From Cycas panzhihuaensis (Eukaryota > Plantae > Cycadophyta), in the NCBI GenBank assembly GCA_023213395.1, contig CM041465.1:126859741-126923740 (forward strand): a stretch of DNA of 64,000 bases. Direction: 5' to 3'. Shown here in pieces: positions 49,390 to 64,000 of this stretch. The translations under genes and the position numbers were made by a program. Position 1 is the first letter of the stretch. Each line of letters opens with the position of its first letter. The notes beneath the pieces were generated by a model, which was given only the letters and a program-made list of their open reading frames with translations, searched no databases and was not told the origin of the DNA.

Positions 49390-52300
49390 CTTTCCATCTC
49401 TGTATAGATTATTAAGCATTACTTTTGATTATGATAAAGAATAAATAACCCATTCCTAGAATAGATGATATCATCAATGAACTTCATTATGCAACATTCT
49501 TTTCAAAGATTGATCCACAACTAGTTATTATTAGATTCCTATCAGAATAATTGATTATGAGAAAATAACTATTAGGATATATTAGGGACTATATCAGTTT
49601 AAAGTCATGCCCTTTGGCCTCACAAATACTTCAACAATGTTTCAAGCCATAATGGAAAAGGTATTGGCTCCTTTTCTATGTAAATTTATCATGGTTTACT
49701 TTGATGACATTTTAGTCTATAATAAGTATTTTTAATGACATATTAATTATTTATCTAAGGTATTAAAATCCTTGAGTCAAAATAAGTTGTTTTCCAAATG
49801 AGCCAAGTGCCATTTTGGCCAACAAACACTTGAATATTTGGGTTAGATCATTTCCATCCAAGGCACTTGTACGAACCGTAATAAAATTCAAGTCATCTTG
49901 TACTAGCCAACACCCACTTTAGTCACTGCTCTCTGGGGGTTTTTAGGACTTACTAATTTTTATAAGTAATATATCTAGCACTATTTATCCCTAGCCATCC
50001 TAGTCACTAATCTTTATAAAAGGAATACCTTCCATTAGTTAGACTTGGTTGATCATGCCTTTTCACACCCAAAAATAATTGTTATTTTTACCCTTATATT
50101 GGTAATGCCTAATTTTTACAAACCATTCAAACTACATGGTGATACATCTAGATCAGGTAATGGAATCTTATTATAGGACAAACAACCCATAGCATTTAAA
50201 AGTAGAAAAGTTAATCAACTTACTCAACCTATAATAATGAAAATCTAGATATTCTTCATGCTTGAGTAAAATGGTAATAATATCTTTTTAGTAACAAATT
50301 CATAGTATATACCAATCATCATAGCCTCACATATCTCTTATAGTAACCTACCTTATCATAATTAAACAAAAAAGGCTCATAAAAGTTCAAGATTTTGATT
50401 TTGACATTATATATAAGAAGGGAAAATATAATATAGTGGTTGATAGTTTATCTAGGAAACATGAACATGTGTCATGTCATGTGATTTCCACAGTACTTCC
50501 TATATGGAATGCTAAATTACATTCTAAGTATGGTAGTGACCCAATGACTAAAGCCAAGATTCACAAATTCCATCAAGGAAAAGCTCCATCAAATTGGTCA
50601 CTACATGGGAATATTTTATTATGTAAAGGTCGAATCTACCTATTCTAATCTCTGGCTTTGAAAAAGAGCATCCTCTAGAAAAGGCATATGACACCATCCT
50701 CTATGCATTCAAGTTTTGATAAAACTTATGATTATAATAGAAGATCATTTTACTGGTTGGGGCAAAAATATGACATTTAACATTACATTATGTCTTGTGA
50801 TATTTATCAATGAAAAAAATGTAGAGGCAATAAAACTTCCTGGTCTACTTCAACCAATTCTAATTCAAGGTCATAAATGGGTAAATATCTGTTATAAGAC
50901 AAATCTTGTAACCAACCATCATAGAGAAATAGAAAGAGAAGATGATAGATAAAAGACAAAGAAGGAGATGAAATTCTAAAGAACATTCATTAACATAAGA
51001 TTATCAAATACATCATGATGATCCCACTTATACATTACATACACATATATGGGGCTATTAAGGCTACCCATCTCTTAGACTTATGCATGTGGGATAAATA
51101 CAATAAGAGTAACCTCATATGGTGGAGGATTATAATATGCCCTGCCCCCTAAAATTACTTCACCCTCAAAGCATCCTGATTTAATGACCATCTCTTGTTA
51201 TTATTCTTCAATCGATAGCTCTTACAAATGTTGGCAGAAAAGTTGTGCATGGAATGGGGATCTATCAATTCTAAGTTGATCTTAATACACCATGCATATC
51301 CTCTAATATACCACCTATAATGTTAAAACCATAAGCTTGAATGTTATGCTTGCCTAGTGTTTGTAGTAGATGAATGCCTTGCTTGATAAGTTTTGTTGTG
51401 CTGGACCTCTTGATAATGTGGATGCCGATATGGTTCCACTTTAGTTTGCCTTTCAACTATTTGTGATGCCTTTTGTTCCTTATCCTTAGGTGCCACTGAT
51501 GGTGTGGGGTGACAAATAAATTCTATTGCTTTCTCTTTAGTTTATCTTTCCATTATTGGTGATGCCTTTTCTTCCTTATCCTTGGGCGTAGTCGGTGGTG
51601 TGGGATGGTAAACAACTTTTGTTACCTTCTCTTGACATTCTTTTTCTTTCTCATAATCTTTCTTTTTTTCTTGACTTTATGGAGTAGGGAGAATTTCTTG
51701 TCCCATACTGCGATTATATTTCTCAAGTATTTGGCATGCTTCTTGTTTGTTTTGTTCAAGGCTTTGCATCTCTTTCCACTAAGAATCATTATATTTCTTA
51801 CGGGTAGCTCATTCTAGTCAATAAAATGTATCACAATAATGAATTGAATTATACCAATCTTTAAACCAAAGATAAGCCTCTGCTTGTACATATAATGATG
51901 CTACTTTAGTCATATCCTCGTTGAGTCGGTAGTTATCATCAAGTGATTTTAAATATGCATGCATATCTTTAACCTAATCATCTACAAAAACAGTCCCATC
52001 CACATTAAAGATGTGTGGTATAGGCCCTTTTGTAACCATGATAATATAGATATATGAGAGATTAGGGGTGTCTATAGCTTGTTATCCCCTAATTTTGATA
52101 CAAAAAATATATATTGGGCTTCATGAGCAATGGTTTTGAGACCATAATCTTAATGACTAAGAAAATATAGTATGAAACCCTTTATTTTAAAATATTTATT
52201 TCTAAAAAAAAATATAGCTTAAAAATATATAAAGTATGGACTAAGATAATGGCCTCTAAAATATGATTCAAATAGTACAAACGAAGTTGAATTCTGGTAT

Positions 52301-55300
52301 CTAGATCAAAAGTTATGCCCTTTTTAAGAATTTCATTGCTAGGGTTTTTTATGGGTTATAATAGTACTTACTAATAAAATTCTAATAACATTTTACTCTG
52401 AACTCTAATTAGCCTCAAACCACTTCCATTGGAAAGTAAATTAAAAAATGCATAGAATCAAAAACATTTGAGGTCATTTGGATACCTGTAGTGAAAGTTA
52501 TAGCTCTTTGAAGTTGACGTTATAAATTTGTCCCAGAATTATGGTGACAGAAAAAAAGTAGGCCGAAATTAATTTTGCAATAATTTTCACACTTTCACCC
52601 CAAAATCTGTAGTGCAACCACTCAAAATTTACATAACGAGCCATTTTGTCTCAAATTTGCCATTACTTTTTAGAATTTTCAACGTTTATTCTCTCGAAGA
52701 TGCTTTCAAACCTTTGATGACACTTCCAAGATCGTCGCTCTGATACCAATTATTACAAGATAAATATTATAACCAACCATCAAGGATAAATAGAAAGAAA
52801 AGATGATAGATAAAAGACAAAGAAGGAGATGAAGTTCCAATGAATATTCTCTAACATAAGATTATCAAATACATCATGATGATCCCACTTATACATTACA
52901 TACATATATATGGGGCTATTAAGACTACCCATCTCTTAGACTTATGCATGTAGGATAAATACAATAAGAGTAACCTCAAATGATGGAGGATTATAACAAA
53001 CTTCTTAAGTATTTGTTGTGCTTCTTGTTTGTTTTGTTTAAGACTTTGCATCTCTTTCTACCAAGAGTCATTATATTTCTTACAGATAGCTCGTTCTAGC
53101 CAATAAAATGTATCATAGTAATGAACTAAATTATACCAATCTTTAAACCAAACATAAGACTCTCCTTGTAGATATAATGAGGCTACTTTAGTCATATCTT
53201 CGTTGAACCTAGAGTTATCATCAAGTGATTTAAATATGTATGCATATCTTTAACCCAATCATCTATATAAAAAGTCCCATCCACATTAAAGATGTGTTAT
53301 ATGGGCTTGTTTGTAGCCATGATAATGTAGATATAGGAGATATTAGGGGTGTATATAGCTTGTTATCCCCTAATTTCAATACAAAAATAATATATATTGG
53401 GCCTTATGAGCAATGGTTTTGAGACCATGGTCTTAATGACTAAGAAAATATAGTATGAAACCCTTAATTTTAAAATATTTATTTTTGAAAAAAAATATAG
53501 CTCAAAAATATATGAAGTATGGACAAAGATGATGTCCTCTAAAATATGATTCCAATGATACAAACAAAATTGAATTCTGATATCTAGATCAAAAGTTATG
53601 CCCCTTTTAAGAATTTCATTATTAGGGTTTTTATGGGCTGCAATAATACTTACTGATAAAATACTAATAACTTTTTACTTTAAACTCTAATTAGCCTCAA
53701 ACCACTTCCATTGGAAATTAAATTAAAAAATGCATAGAATAAAAAAAAAATTGAGGTCATTTGGATACCTATAGCAAAAGTTATGGCTCTTTGAAGTTGA
53801 GGTTGCAGATCTGTCTTAGAATTACGGTGACAGAAAAAAAGCAGGCCGAAATTAATTTTACTATAATTTTTGCACTTCAATCCTATAATATGTAGTGTGA
53901 CAACTCAAAATTTATAGAATGAGCCATTTTGTCTCAAAATTTCCACTACTTTTTAGAATTTTCAACGTTTATTCTCTCGAAAATGCTTTCAGACCCTTGA
54001 TAACATCTCCTAAATCATCGCTCTAATACCAATTGTTACAAGCCAAATCTTGTAACCAACAATCATAGAGAAATAGAAAGAGAAGATGATAGATAAAAGA
54101 CAAAGAAGGAGATGAAGTTCTAAAGAACATTCATTAACATAAGATTATCAAATACATCATGATGATCCCACTTATACATTACATACATATATATGGGGCT
54201 ATTAAGGCTACCCATCTCTTAGACTTATGCATGTGGGATAAATACAATAAGAGTAACCTCATATGGTGGAGGATTATAACATGTCCTCCCCCATAAAATT
54301 ATTTTGCCCTCGAAGCATCCTGATTTAATGACCATCTCTTGTTATTATTCTTCAATCGATAGCTCTTACCAATGTTGGTAGAAAAGTTGTACATGGAATG
54401 AGAATCTATCCATCCCAAGTTGGTCTTGATACACCCTACATATCCTCTAATATACTCTAGATATCTGTAATGTTAAAACCATAAGCTTGAATGTTGTGCT
54501 TGCCTAGTGTTTGTAGTAGATGAATGCCTTGCTTGATAAGTTTTGTTGTGTTGGACCTCTTGATAATGTGGATGCCGATATGATTCCACTTTAGTTTGCC
54601 TTTTAACTATTTGTGATGCCTTTTGTTCCTTATCCTTAGGTGCCATTAATGGTATTGGGTGGCAAAAAACTTTAGTTACTTGCTCTTTAGTTTATCTTTC
54701 TATTATTGGTGATGCATTTTCTTCCTTATCCTTGGGTGCAGTTGGTGGTATGGGATGGAAAATAACTTTTGTTAGTTGCTCTTAATATTCTTTTTCTTTC
54801 TTATAATCTTTATTTTATTCTTGACTTTATGGAGTTGGGAGAATTCCTTGTGTCATGTTATAATCCTCCACCATATGAGGTTACTCTTATTGCATTTATC
54901 CCACATGCATAAGTCTAAGAGATGGGTAGCCTTAATAGCCCCATATAGATGTATGTAATGTATAAGTTGGATCATCATGATATATTTGATAATCTTATGT
55001 TAGTGAATGTTCTTTGGAACTTCATCTCCTTCTTTTTCTTTTATCTATCATATTCTCTTTCTATTTCTCTATGATGGATGGTTACAAGATTTGTCTTGTA
55101 ACAATATCAGTATGGGTTTTATTACAAGACTACTTAAATCTATGGTAAATATGTTATTTTAGTTGTTATAGATAACCTAATAAAATGTGCACATTTTATT
55201 CTACTATATATTACAACATCTATAGTTCAAGTTAGTGAGTTATCCATGAATATAACATCTATATTTCAAGTTGGTGAGCCTCCATAAGTTTCCTCAAATA

Positions 55301-56450
55301 ATTGTCAGCGATTGAGACCCAAGGTTTACAAGTAAATTCTGATCTAAATTATTTTAACTAGCAGGCACCTAGTTGCATATGAGTATGGCCCACCATCTAT
55401 AAATAAATTGATAAATTAAATCCATTAATAAATCTCTTGAAGAATATTTACATTGCTTTGTAGGAGATAACTAATCCTAATGGGTATAATGTGTAGACTT
55501 AACTGAGCATTGGTACAATACTTTATTCATTCAATAATCAAGATGTCCCCCTTCTTGGTACTTTATGGTTACCCACCTTGAGACAACAATTCCTTTCTCT
55601 AGAAAATAATAAAGGCAATAACAATTGAATAAATCTAACAACAAACTTTAGATTTCTTCAGGCTCTTAAAGATAGCATATTACTAGCTTAAAATCATATG
55701 AATCAACAAGCTAATGTCCATCATTATAAAAGAGAATTCAACATTAGTGATTAGGTTTTTGCTCACCTACAACCTTATAGATAGTCATCATTCAAGTCTT
55801 CTAGGAAACAAAAGCTTGCTCCTTAATTCGACTGACCATTTTAAATTTTGTATCAAATTAGTTCTATCGCTTATGTTTTGGATATACTTGTGCCTAAATT
55901 TATAAGATTTTTTATGTTTCTAATTTTAAAACCAAAATTAACTCTTAAGTCATAGTATAGATAGAATTACCTATACTTGATGAAGAAGGTCTACTTATCT
56001 TAAGTCCAAAAGGAAGTTTAGATGCTCACATGAGATAATTATAAATATGGATAATAAAGAGTATCTAATTAAATGGCAATTACTTTTTCATGATGATCCC
56101 ACCTAGGAAAGTGAAGACATCTTCCAAATATTCCCTAACCTTCCCATGCTTTGAAGACATAGCATTTTAAAATGAAAGGCACTTATTGCAAACCTTACAA
56201 TTGATTATAATAATAATAATCATAAACTACTCATTTAATAAACATGACCTAAGGTTCTGACTTATCAAAAAGGCATGCCATAGATATTTATATGGTTGTG
56301 GAATAATATATATTTATTATCATTCTATTCAAATCAATATGCATTTCCTGTATATCTAATAATCACTTACCCTATGTTCAATTCTAGTAGTAGAAGTGAG
56401 ATCCACTATAACCCTTATTTACTTCACTAAGTTGCACAATCATGATATTA
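49390..56450 (+). mobile_element. Decayed Reina-like chromovirus RT-RH-INT-chromodomain, interrupted at 50890-55103
   Basis: CIDY..PIPRIDD, VMPFGLTN, VYFDDILVY, DTSRSG, VVDSLSRK, integrase and EYLIKW chromodomain. Paralogous to 5670-6778 plus 29010-29440. Confidence 0.88.
50890..55103. mobile_element. Composite non-autonomous LTR insertion with four 248-bp LTRs, the last one inverted
   Basis: Direct LTRs 50890-51137, 52751-52998 and 54034-54281; inverted LTR 54856-55103. Minus-strand Met PBS at 52737-52748 and 54020-54031. PPTs after LTR 1 and LTR 3. TSD ATATC at 50885-50889 and 55104-55108. Confidence 0.93.
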
Positions 56451-58162
56451 CTTACTATCTTTGCCTAATCTAGCAAAAACTCCCCTTTTAAACATTTTAA
56501 AATTATGAATGCATGACTTAATGCTAGCTAGGAATTGTCACTATAATCAAACACCCATGATAGAAGAGAAATTTAAAGTTAAAATTTATCCTTAAAAGTT
56601 CTAATTTAAGTTCTTATTTTTCATTTTTTTTGGAGGCTTAATATTCCATTTCCTGATATGCATCACCAACTCCTTATTTATTCATGGTTGATTATAACTT
56701 ATTAATATTGAAGGGTATCATTAGTTGAGGAAGACAAAAAATCATCTTGATATTCTCTAGGGTTAGAAGTGCAATTAGTTGGTTATTAGATACCAAAATG
56801 AGCTTAGATTTAGGAATTAAACAATAGGTTAAGATTCCAGTTGACTCAAGTAACACAAACATCTTTAGCACAAAGTCAAATTTGGATAGACTGCATTACT
56901 GCATTAGTCTTGCCTTTTCTTTTACTTTGAAATAAGGCTTATCATCCCTACCATTCAAATTCAATTTCATGTCTTTGATAATTGGCAACTTCACAAGACT
57001 TCTAATTCTCTAAGCTTTACTATTTTACTTAATTAATAGTGAACAAAATGGGAAATTACTTAAAATTCATTTAGCATCACTTTCATACATGTAATTTGAT
57101 TATTGCTTTGTTTGCACCCTCGACTTATTAGAAATCCTCCATTGCATTCATTGTTAAAACAATTAAACAGTATATATAAGAGGTTGATATAACTATTTAA
57201 TTTAGTCTACATTGTATTATATGTATCATGCTATTATCTAATTTATTCATTATTAACTCATGCATATCCAAAAATAATTAGATCTTATCATGTCACTTAT
57301 ATGTATGGCCCATATGTAAATTAAAAATTAATGCCAATGTTTTGATGAAACCTCTTGAGCATAAGCATAGGAATTGTATTTTATAATCCTTAATTTTATA
57401 AGTGTTCAAATTGTTGAATGTAGTCCCACATTCATATCTCTTGTAAAGCCTATGCTCTCATGTGATTGAGTTTTATATGGTACATGCTTTCCTTTACTTT
57501 TCTTTTATATTATTTCTACAAATACCTTTCATGCAAAGGATTAGTGATACAAATTGATTGGGAAATGAACTCTATCAATTGTAAACTAGTTTTGCACTCT
57601 TGAGATGAAATTATACTCATGTTTCTAAGTATGCTAGGAACCTAGAGATTTGAATTAATATGTGCTACCTTAACATGACCCACTAGATTCAAACTTAAAG
57701 ATAGTGCCTTGATTTTATGAATTAATCATCTTACTTACCGAATTATATCTATAGTTACCACTTATTTTGATTCCACCTAGTGAGTAACTATCATAAATGA
57801 GGTTATACATATATAGGAATGTTACATTGTAGACTTCCAAATTTGGGAGTGTAACTCTTTAGAAATATAGGTTTGACATGTATCATCAAGATGAATTAAG
57901 CATTCACAAATATCCTTTTCAAATTTATTGTCTCATTGTTTAACCAAGAAAAGGGCTTCTCTTCTATCTGACATGAAAGTTGCTTACAAATAGATCCACC
58001 AATTGTTGGAATAATTAGTCTAAATCTTAGGAAAACTAGTAAAACCACTTAAGAATATTACACTATAACATCCTTAGGAAAAGTATCATAAAAAAATAGC
58101 CATTAAGCAGTATTTCCTACTTAATTATCCCTTTAGTACAATCTAATATGCCTTAGAAAGAC

Positions 58163-60224
58163 TATTGGAATATGTTAATATATCGATTTAAATAAAGTGG
58201 GCCTATTTATGTGCCTAATATGTAAGTGAAATATTCTCAATATGGGTGAGTTGAAGGATATAATTATAATTATATTTAGGCACTTTAGATCTATAAATAT
58301 AGATCAAAGTGCATCCTTATATACAACATTAGATTTATAAATATTTGAATAATATTATTTTGTGGCTTTTCACCCATAAGGGTTTCTCATGGTAATCTAA
58401 TGTCCCATATGCATGTATTCTATTGTGATTTTCTTGTTGTGAAAGATCCTATTGACCTTTTCTTACATTTATATTTCCCAACATGGTATTAGAGCTTATA
58501 AGTCATGCACATGTATAGTATTATTATCGAATGGTTCAATTATTGGTGCCAAGTCATGCTAGCTTGCCCTTAGTGGGTTGGCATATTTGATAATCTTGTA
58601 GAATAACCACAGAGGTGAAAATGATTGGTGGTGGATCCTAAAGGCCCTTATTTTTCTATTTTTAGGTATTCAATGCTCCATGGACATGTGCAGATGAGTT
58701 CAAGATGTTTTAAAGACCTAGTTACTTTGTTGCCAGCCATAGATGCTTATTTGAGCCTACTGAAGGTGCATGATCTATTTGTTGTTAATGCCATTAAGTT
58801 TTTAAACCTCTAGAGGTATTTTCATCTAGTTTTAAAGGTGTTTGAGGTTGTCTGTATGTAGAAAGAAGCCATACACCCATTTGCTAGCCCTTTGTTGCTA
58901 GTGGGAGAGTGCAAAGACCCCGTGAGATAATTACAAAGCTATGAAATGAATAAATTATAGTTAAAATGTAAGGTATACTCATATATCATATACTTTAAAA
59001 TATATTGGTCACCCTTTTGACATTTTAGAGTTTGAATAATATATTTAGCTGCCCATTTTATACACTACAATTTGCTTGATTATCTGGTCACCTATGATGA
59101 TTTTTATAAAGTTGTATATATAGTACTTCCATTTCAGTACTGCATGCATGATATTCTTGATTGCCCATTTATGATAAATATATAGTGGATCTTAATATTC
59201 TTTTGTTGGTTATTAAAATAATATCGGCTATGCATGATAAGTATGTTATAACTGTAAATTATCCTTGCCCATATGATATTGCATGTTGATCACTATTTTT
59301 AATCAATATTATAAAGTCGCTCATTCATTTTGTTCTACCCTATTGATTAGCTTGATTGCCACTTGAGTAAATCTATGTGTACTTATGTCGCTCATACACA
59401 GATCTTTATTTGCCTGAATACATATGTTTACATCTCTATTTATTATAAACCTATGTTTGCATTATCATTGTATGCTATATTTATTCCCTCCATTATTATA
59501 TGATGGTCTACATTGATTATTTTAGCAGCCATCAATATATAACAAAGTTTGCCACTTTGGGTTTATAAAGTTGATTTACAACTTTATATTTTAATATTTA
59601 TACCCTATCTTATAAAGTTGCTTCATGTTTTGACATAATGTAAGGTCACATTTATCATATTTGGAATTGCTTTAATATATTAGTACTCTTTCATTTATAT
59701 ACTTTGTCATCATTTAATGCCCTTTTTGGTATCTATATTTTGGCATTTTGATGAGAGTATGTAATTTTTAAAAAGTAGCCTAAAAATATTTTATAAGGCT
59801 TCATGTTGATATATGGTGAATGAGGTAACTTTGTGATATAGCAATTTATGAGGTGTGTTTAGGCTCCCTAGCATGTGTTTACATGAGAGAGTAAGATGGG
59901 TGATGATGGTAATTTGTGATGAAGAAAGTGCATTAAGCATGCTTCACTTTTGGGCAAGACATAGTAACTTGGTACTCCTTAGAATGTGATTTACATGAAG
60001 GAGATTTATGGGTGAAGAAAAAGACAAGATAAGGTGATAAAGTAGGGCAAGATGAGGTAGAGGTATACGTGTTCCATGTGAGTTACATGGCAAGTTAGTT
60101 TGGTGAAAACATAGGCGAAGAGGGTGAGAGAAGGGCAAGAAAGGGAGAGTGTGGAGATACCTTAATTGCAATATAAAACAAGCTCTATTACTATTATTAG
60201 TATGACATAGATCATTACATAAAG

Positions 60225-60259
<35 letters not shown>

Positions 60260-62179
60260 TATGTATGTATATGTTTATTCAGTGAAATAAGTGTGCTTTA
60301 TTTAAATTATATTTGAGTTCTATTATATCATATGTGTATAAGGTGATAAGAAGTTTAGAATTTATTGTTTGTATAAGTGGTTATCAATTATGATGGACTG
60401 TTATACTTGGTTAGTTGGACTGATGTTGACATGAAGGTTTGTGACCTACTTTGATGCTGGTTCAAAGTATATGCATATCTAAACAAGTTTGATGTGGAAC
60501 CTAAACAAAGTATTTGATGAAATTTAAAGTGTGAATGGAAAGATCTATGACGAGATGCCTTAAAAATTAGTTATGCCTTTAACATGGTATAAAATGGGAG
60601 TTGTTTACCCCGTGAACTCTATGTGTTACATGTATAGTATCATGATGTAGATGGTGAGGTTGGTGCATGTTATGGTTAGCCTCCCATATTTGGTTGGTAG
60701 AAGTTGTAGCGAATAGGTATTAGGATCCCTTATTAAAGTTATTTGTGGCATATGTTCCCCTAATCTTGTGTGTGTTTGGACTAGTTAGAAGCCTTCCATT
60801 TATTCCTTGAATGCATTAAAGTACACACATCTTAGATGAAGATCATAATAATATGATTATGAGAGCTTTAAGCCTATAGGGTTGTTTAAATAATGCTTAG
60901 AAATAGTGTGATCTATAGGGGAAGTGCATTATGATTAGTCTAGATGTTAAAGTTAAAGAGTTTATGATGTATCATGCTGAGCGTCATCTGATTACAGGTT
61001 TTATCCTTCATTGCTTTACTTTTCTGAGTTGATTCAACATGTGTGGAGGTTTATTTGCCTAACATTGTGTTTGAGATGAAAGTAGGACCTAGTAGAAGAT
61101 TGATGATGAGGAGCCATTAGTTGAAGAGACATGGATTGTAACCCCATGTTCTATTAATGGTTAAAGACTTGCAAGATGGTTGAAAACTTGGATCAGTATA
61201 TTAGTCAAAGCTTATGATAGATACCAACATTCCAACAAGTACAAATTCACAATAGAGAGCTGCATTAATAAAGAGTGATATATGTGGGATTTGGGTTCAT
61301 TTCCTCCCTCAAGAACCTAGTTAGTTTGCAAGTTGGAAGACCTGATGCACAAAATTTCTAGCAGAAAGAAGGATTCAAGCATGAGAAGATATTATGCACT
61401 AGTCTCTATGTTTATTAGTCCATTTGATCCTTACTTTTAGTGGCTTCAAATTGTTGGGTATCACATCACATCATATTAGCATTCCTTAATGGAGACTTGA
61501 AGAGGAGATTTACGTGGCTCAAGTGGCTCAACCTCTTGGTTTAGTCAAAGGAATATGGCTAAGTTTTATGGATAAAGTATCATATGTACAGAGAGAGATA
61601 TGGTTGTGGTGTCTATTTTAGTATTTTTAAAAATTGAGAACATAAGACGAATAGTACCATTACATTTGAGAGCAAATCAAATTAAGGAAGATGTAGGTTA
61701 AATATTATCCAAGTGGAGATCAAATTATGGATGTGTTCACTAAACTCAAACTAAAGATCACTACATTTATATTCATGCATATTAGGTAAGGTTATCCTTG
61801 AGAGGGGATTTATTCCCAAGGATAAACATTGTTACCCCACATTTACATTAAGAGGGGATGTTGGAATATGTTAATATACCGATTAATATAAACTGGGCCT
61901 ATTTATGTGCCTAATATACAAGCGGAATATTCTCAATATGGGTGAGCCAATGAATATAATTGTAATTATATTTAGGTGCTTTAGATCTATAAATATAGAT
62001 CAAAGTCCATCCTTATGTACAACACTAGATTTGCAAAAATATGAATAATATTATTTTGTAGGTTTTCACCTGTAAGGGTTTCCCATAGAAATCTAATATC
62101 CCATGTGTGTGTATTCCGATATGATCTACTTACTATGAAAGATCTTGTCGACCTTTTCTTACATTTATGTTTCCTAATA
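58163..62179 (+). mobile_element. Old, internally deleted Ty1/Copia element
   Basis: 321-bp LTRs 58163-58483 and 61859-62179. PBS TGGTATTAGAGC 58484-58495. PPT AGAGGGGA. TSD AAGAC/AATAC. AFLNGDL-EEIYVAQ and DQIMDVFTK remnants. Empty site in the paralog near 31155. Confidence 0.9.
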
Positions 62180-64000
62180 AATACATATAATTTGCTTGTT
62201 TAGGGAGGCATGATACAAGATACAATATAAAAATGCTCAAGTAGAGGGAACACCTGATTGAGTCTTTTGAACATTCTTAAGATAATCTAGAGAAGATCTA
62301 TTAATAAATCCTTCTTCTCATTAACTCTACATCTATAGCCATTGTCTTGTTCTACTTGGGCTAAAACAATAGGCAAGTATTGCAATTGATATGAGGATAA
62401 TCTTAGTATTTAATTGTAGAGCACTAACTCTATACTAAAATCAATCTACACTAATTGATACATAAAAGGTTAGTATAGTAATTGTATAGAAGAGTTGAAT
62501 CAAGTCATCCTTTATGGACAAAAAAGGTTAAGATATAAATAAGTAAAACTTAGTTAATATATTTCATGAAAGACAATAAGAAAAACTCATTAGCAATGAT
62601 AATCTAACATGCAATACATAAAATACATTGCCTATTTCATCAATACTTTTTTCTCAAATCATCAAACAATGCTTAACAAAATAAGTACAAAATAATTACC
62701 TTAAACTTTGTATTTGAATGACACAGGTTCAAGAAAATAATGGCCTAATCATGATTGTATTATCCAACATAATCCTTTTGGTATAGAACTATTACCAATT
62801 AAGAAATAATCTAATGTCTTATAGTAGCAAAAATATTCTTACCAAAAGAAGCTTAACTCTTAGTGATTTTTCCATGCATATAAATCCTTCTCATATGTAA
62901 TTGCAACCTCCATAAGAATGTATATATTACATTTAATAAGTTGAACAAAAAATGTTTCAACTCTCCCTCTAGATCATCTAAAAAATAATTAATTATCATA
63001 AAGCAAAGCCTCAAAAGGTCTTTGCCCAAAAGTAAAAGTTAAAAGTCTCAAGCTTAAAAATTCCCAAAAAATATCCCCCTTCTATTTATAGACCAAAGGC
63101 CATATTATTTGAATGATTATCATGGAGGGAGGTCCTATGGTAGTGTTCTAAGTGGTAGCTATTAATGTTATAGTAGTATAGTTATTGTTCTCCTCAAATC
63201 TAGTGCAATGGTTAAAAATACTCAATTGAGACATGGCAAAGGAGTAAGTTATCAATATCATATCCAACTGTAGCTGGTATACTTGCTCTAATACACATTA
63301 AAGGAAATATATTTAGATATTTTGACTAACTTAACACAGTTTATTCCTTGATAAACTTTGGAAGAAATTTTATCAATGCTTATTTTGATCTTTAAATGCA
63401 TAATCTATATAATCATTAGTCTTATCAATTCTAGATTCCCTTATAACTAGGATATCCAATCTCTAATACTATCAAGCCTTCAATCTTGAGACTTGAGTAA
63501 GTTTTTAAGGATAACTTATTGTGTTCTCTAATGCCAAACACATGTGTTCCATTCCTCAACCTAACGTGCTATAGTTAAATCGATATATTATTTTTCCTTT
63601 GTTGATTCTTCATCTATGACCCTAAGGAATTCTTGTTTATCTAGGATAGTGCTTTGACCCAACAAAGAGGAGTTAAGAAATGAGATAGTTGAAATCATCT
63701 ATCCTGAAATAGTAGCCAAAGTATCTTAAAGATCTCCTATTTTATTCATTACCTCCTTGCTTCCATCTATTCTTATTTCTAAGACATGTTGTAATTTTTA
63801 GATAAAATGTACATGCTTTTCTTTGCTCTTATCTTTACTTGCTACCATTTCATTCTTAAATTTAAGGAAAGGCCCTTTAGGTTATAACTCCATTGAATAT
63901 GTTTTCTCTAGTTTCGAAGGTGCTACCTTTAGCCTCTAAATCTTATGTAAGGAACAAACTTGATGAAAGAAACTCCATATATGAGGCCCTGAAAACTTAT

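Overview
Eukaryotic land-plant DNA, most likely a large, heavily methylated genome (gymnosperm-like; this is inference). The window is an AT-rich nest of LTR retrotransposons with no intact host gene. Main nested stack: a decayed chromovirus-type Ty3/Gypsy element (5670-~29440) is interrupted by a ~4 kb non-autonomous Copia/TR-GAG-like element (6779-29009, minus strand, 219-bp LTRs, TSD AGATG). That element is itself interrupted by an 18.2 kb GC-rich Tat-type Gypsy element (7273-25457, minus strand, ~2.6 kb LTRs plus an extra partial LTR, TSD ACTAG/ACTGG). Between integrase and the 3' LTR the Tat element carries a head-to-head module: a detached archaeal-type RNase H ORF and an antisense, intron-containing Plant-Mobile-Domain-like gene, separated by a palindromic TATA box and five hairpins. 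Other contents: old and recent segmental duplications linking 1-33 kb to 42-64 kb; a 1.3 kb mosaic of four captured host-gene fragments (KH protein, Pur-alpha, eIF1/SUI1, HSP70-17); an intronless LAMMER-kinase pseudogene; a four-LTR composite whose terminal LTRs are inverted yet share one perfect TSD (50890-55103); further Copia remnants; and (TA)n microsatellites. All protein identifications are manual motif recognition; no database searches were run.
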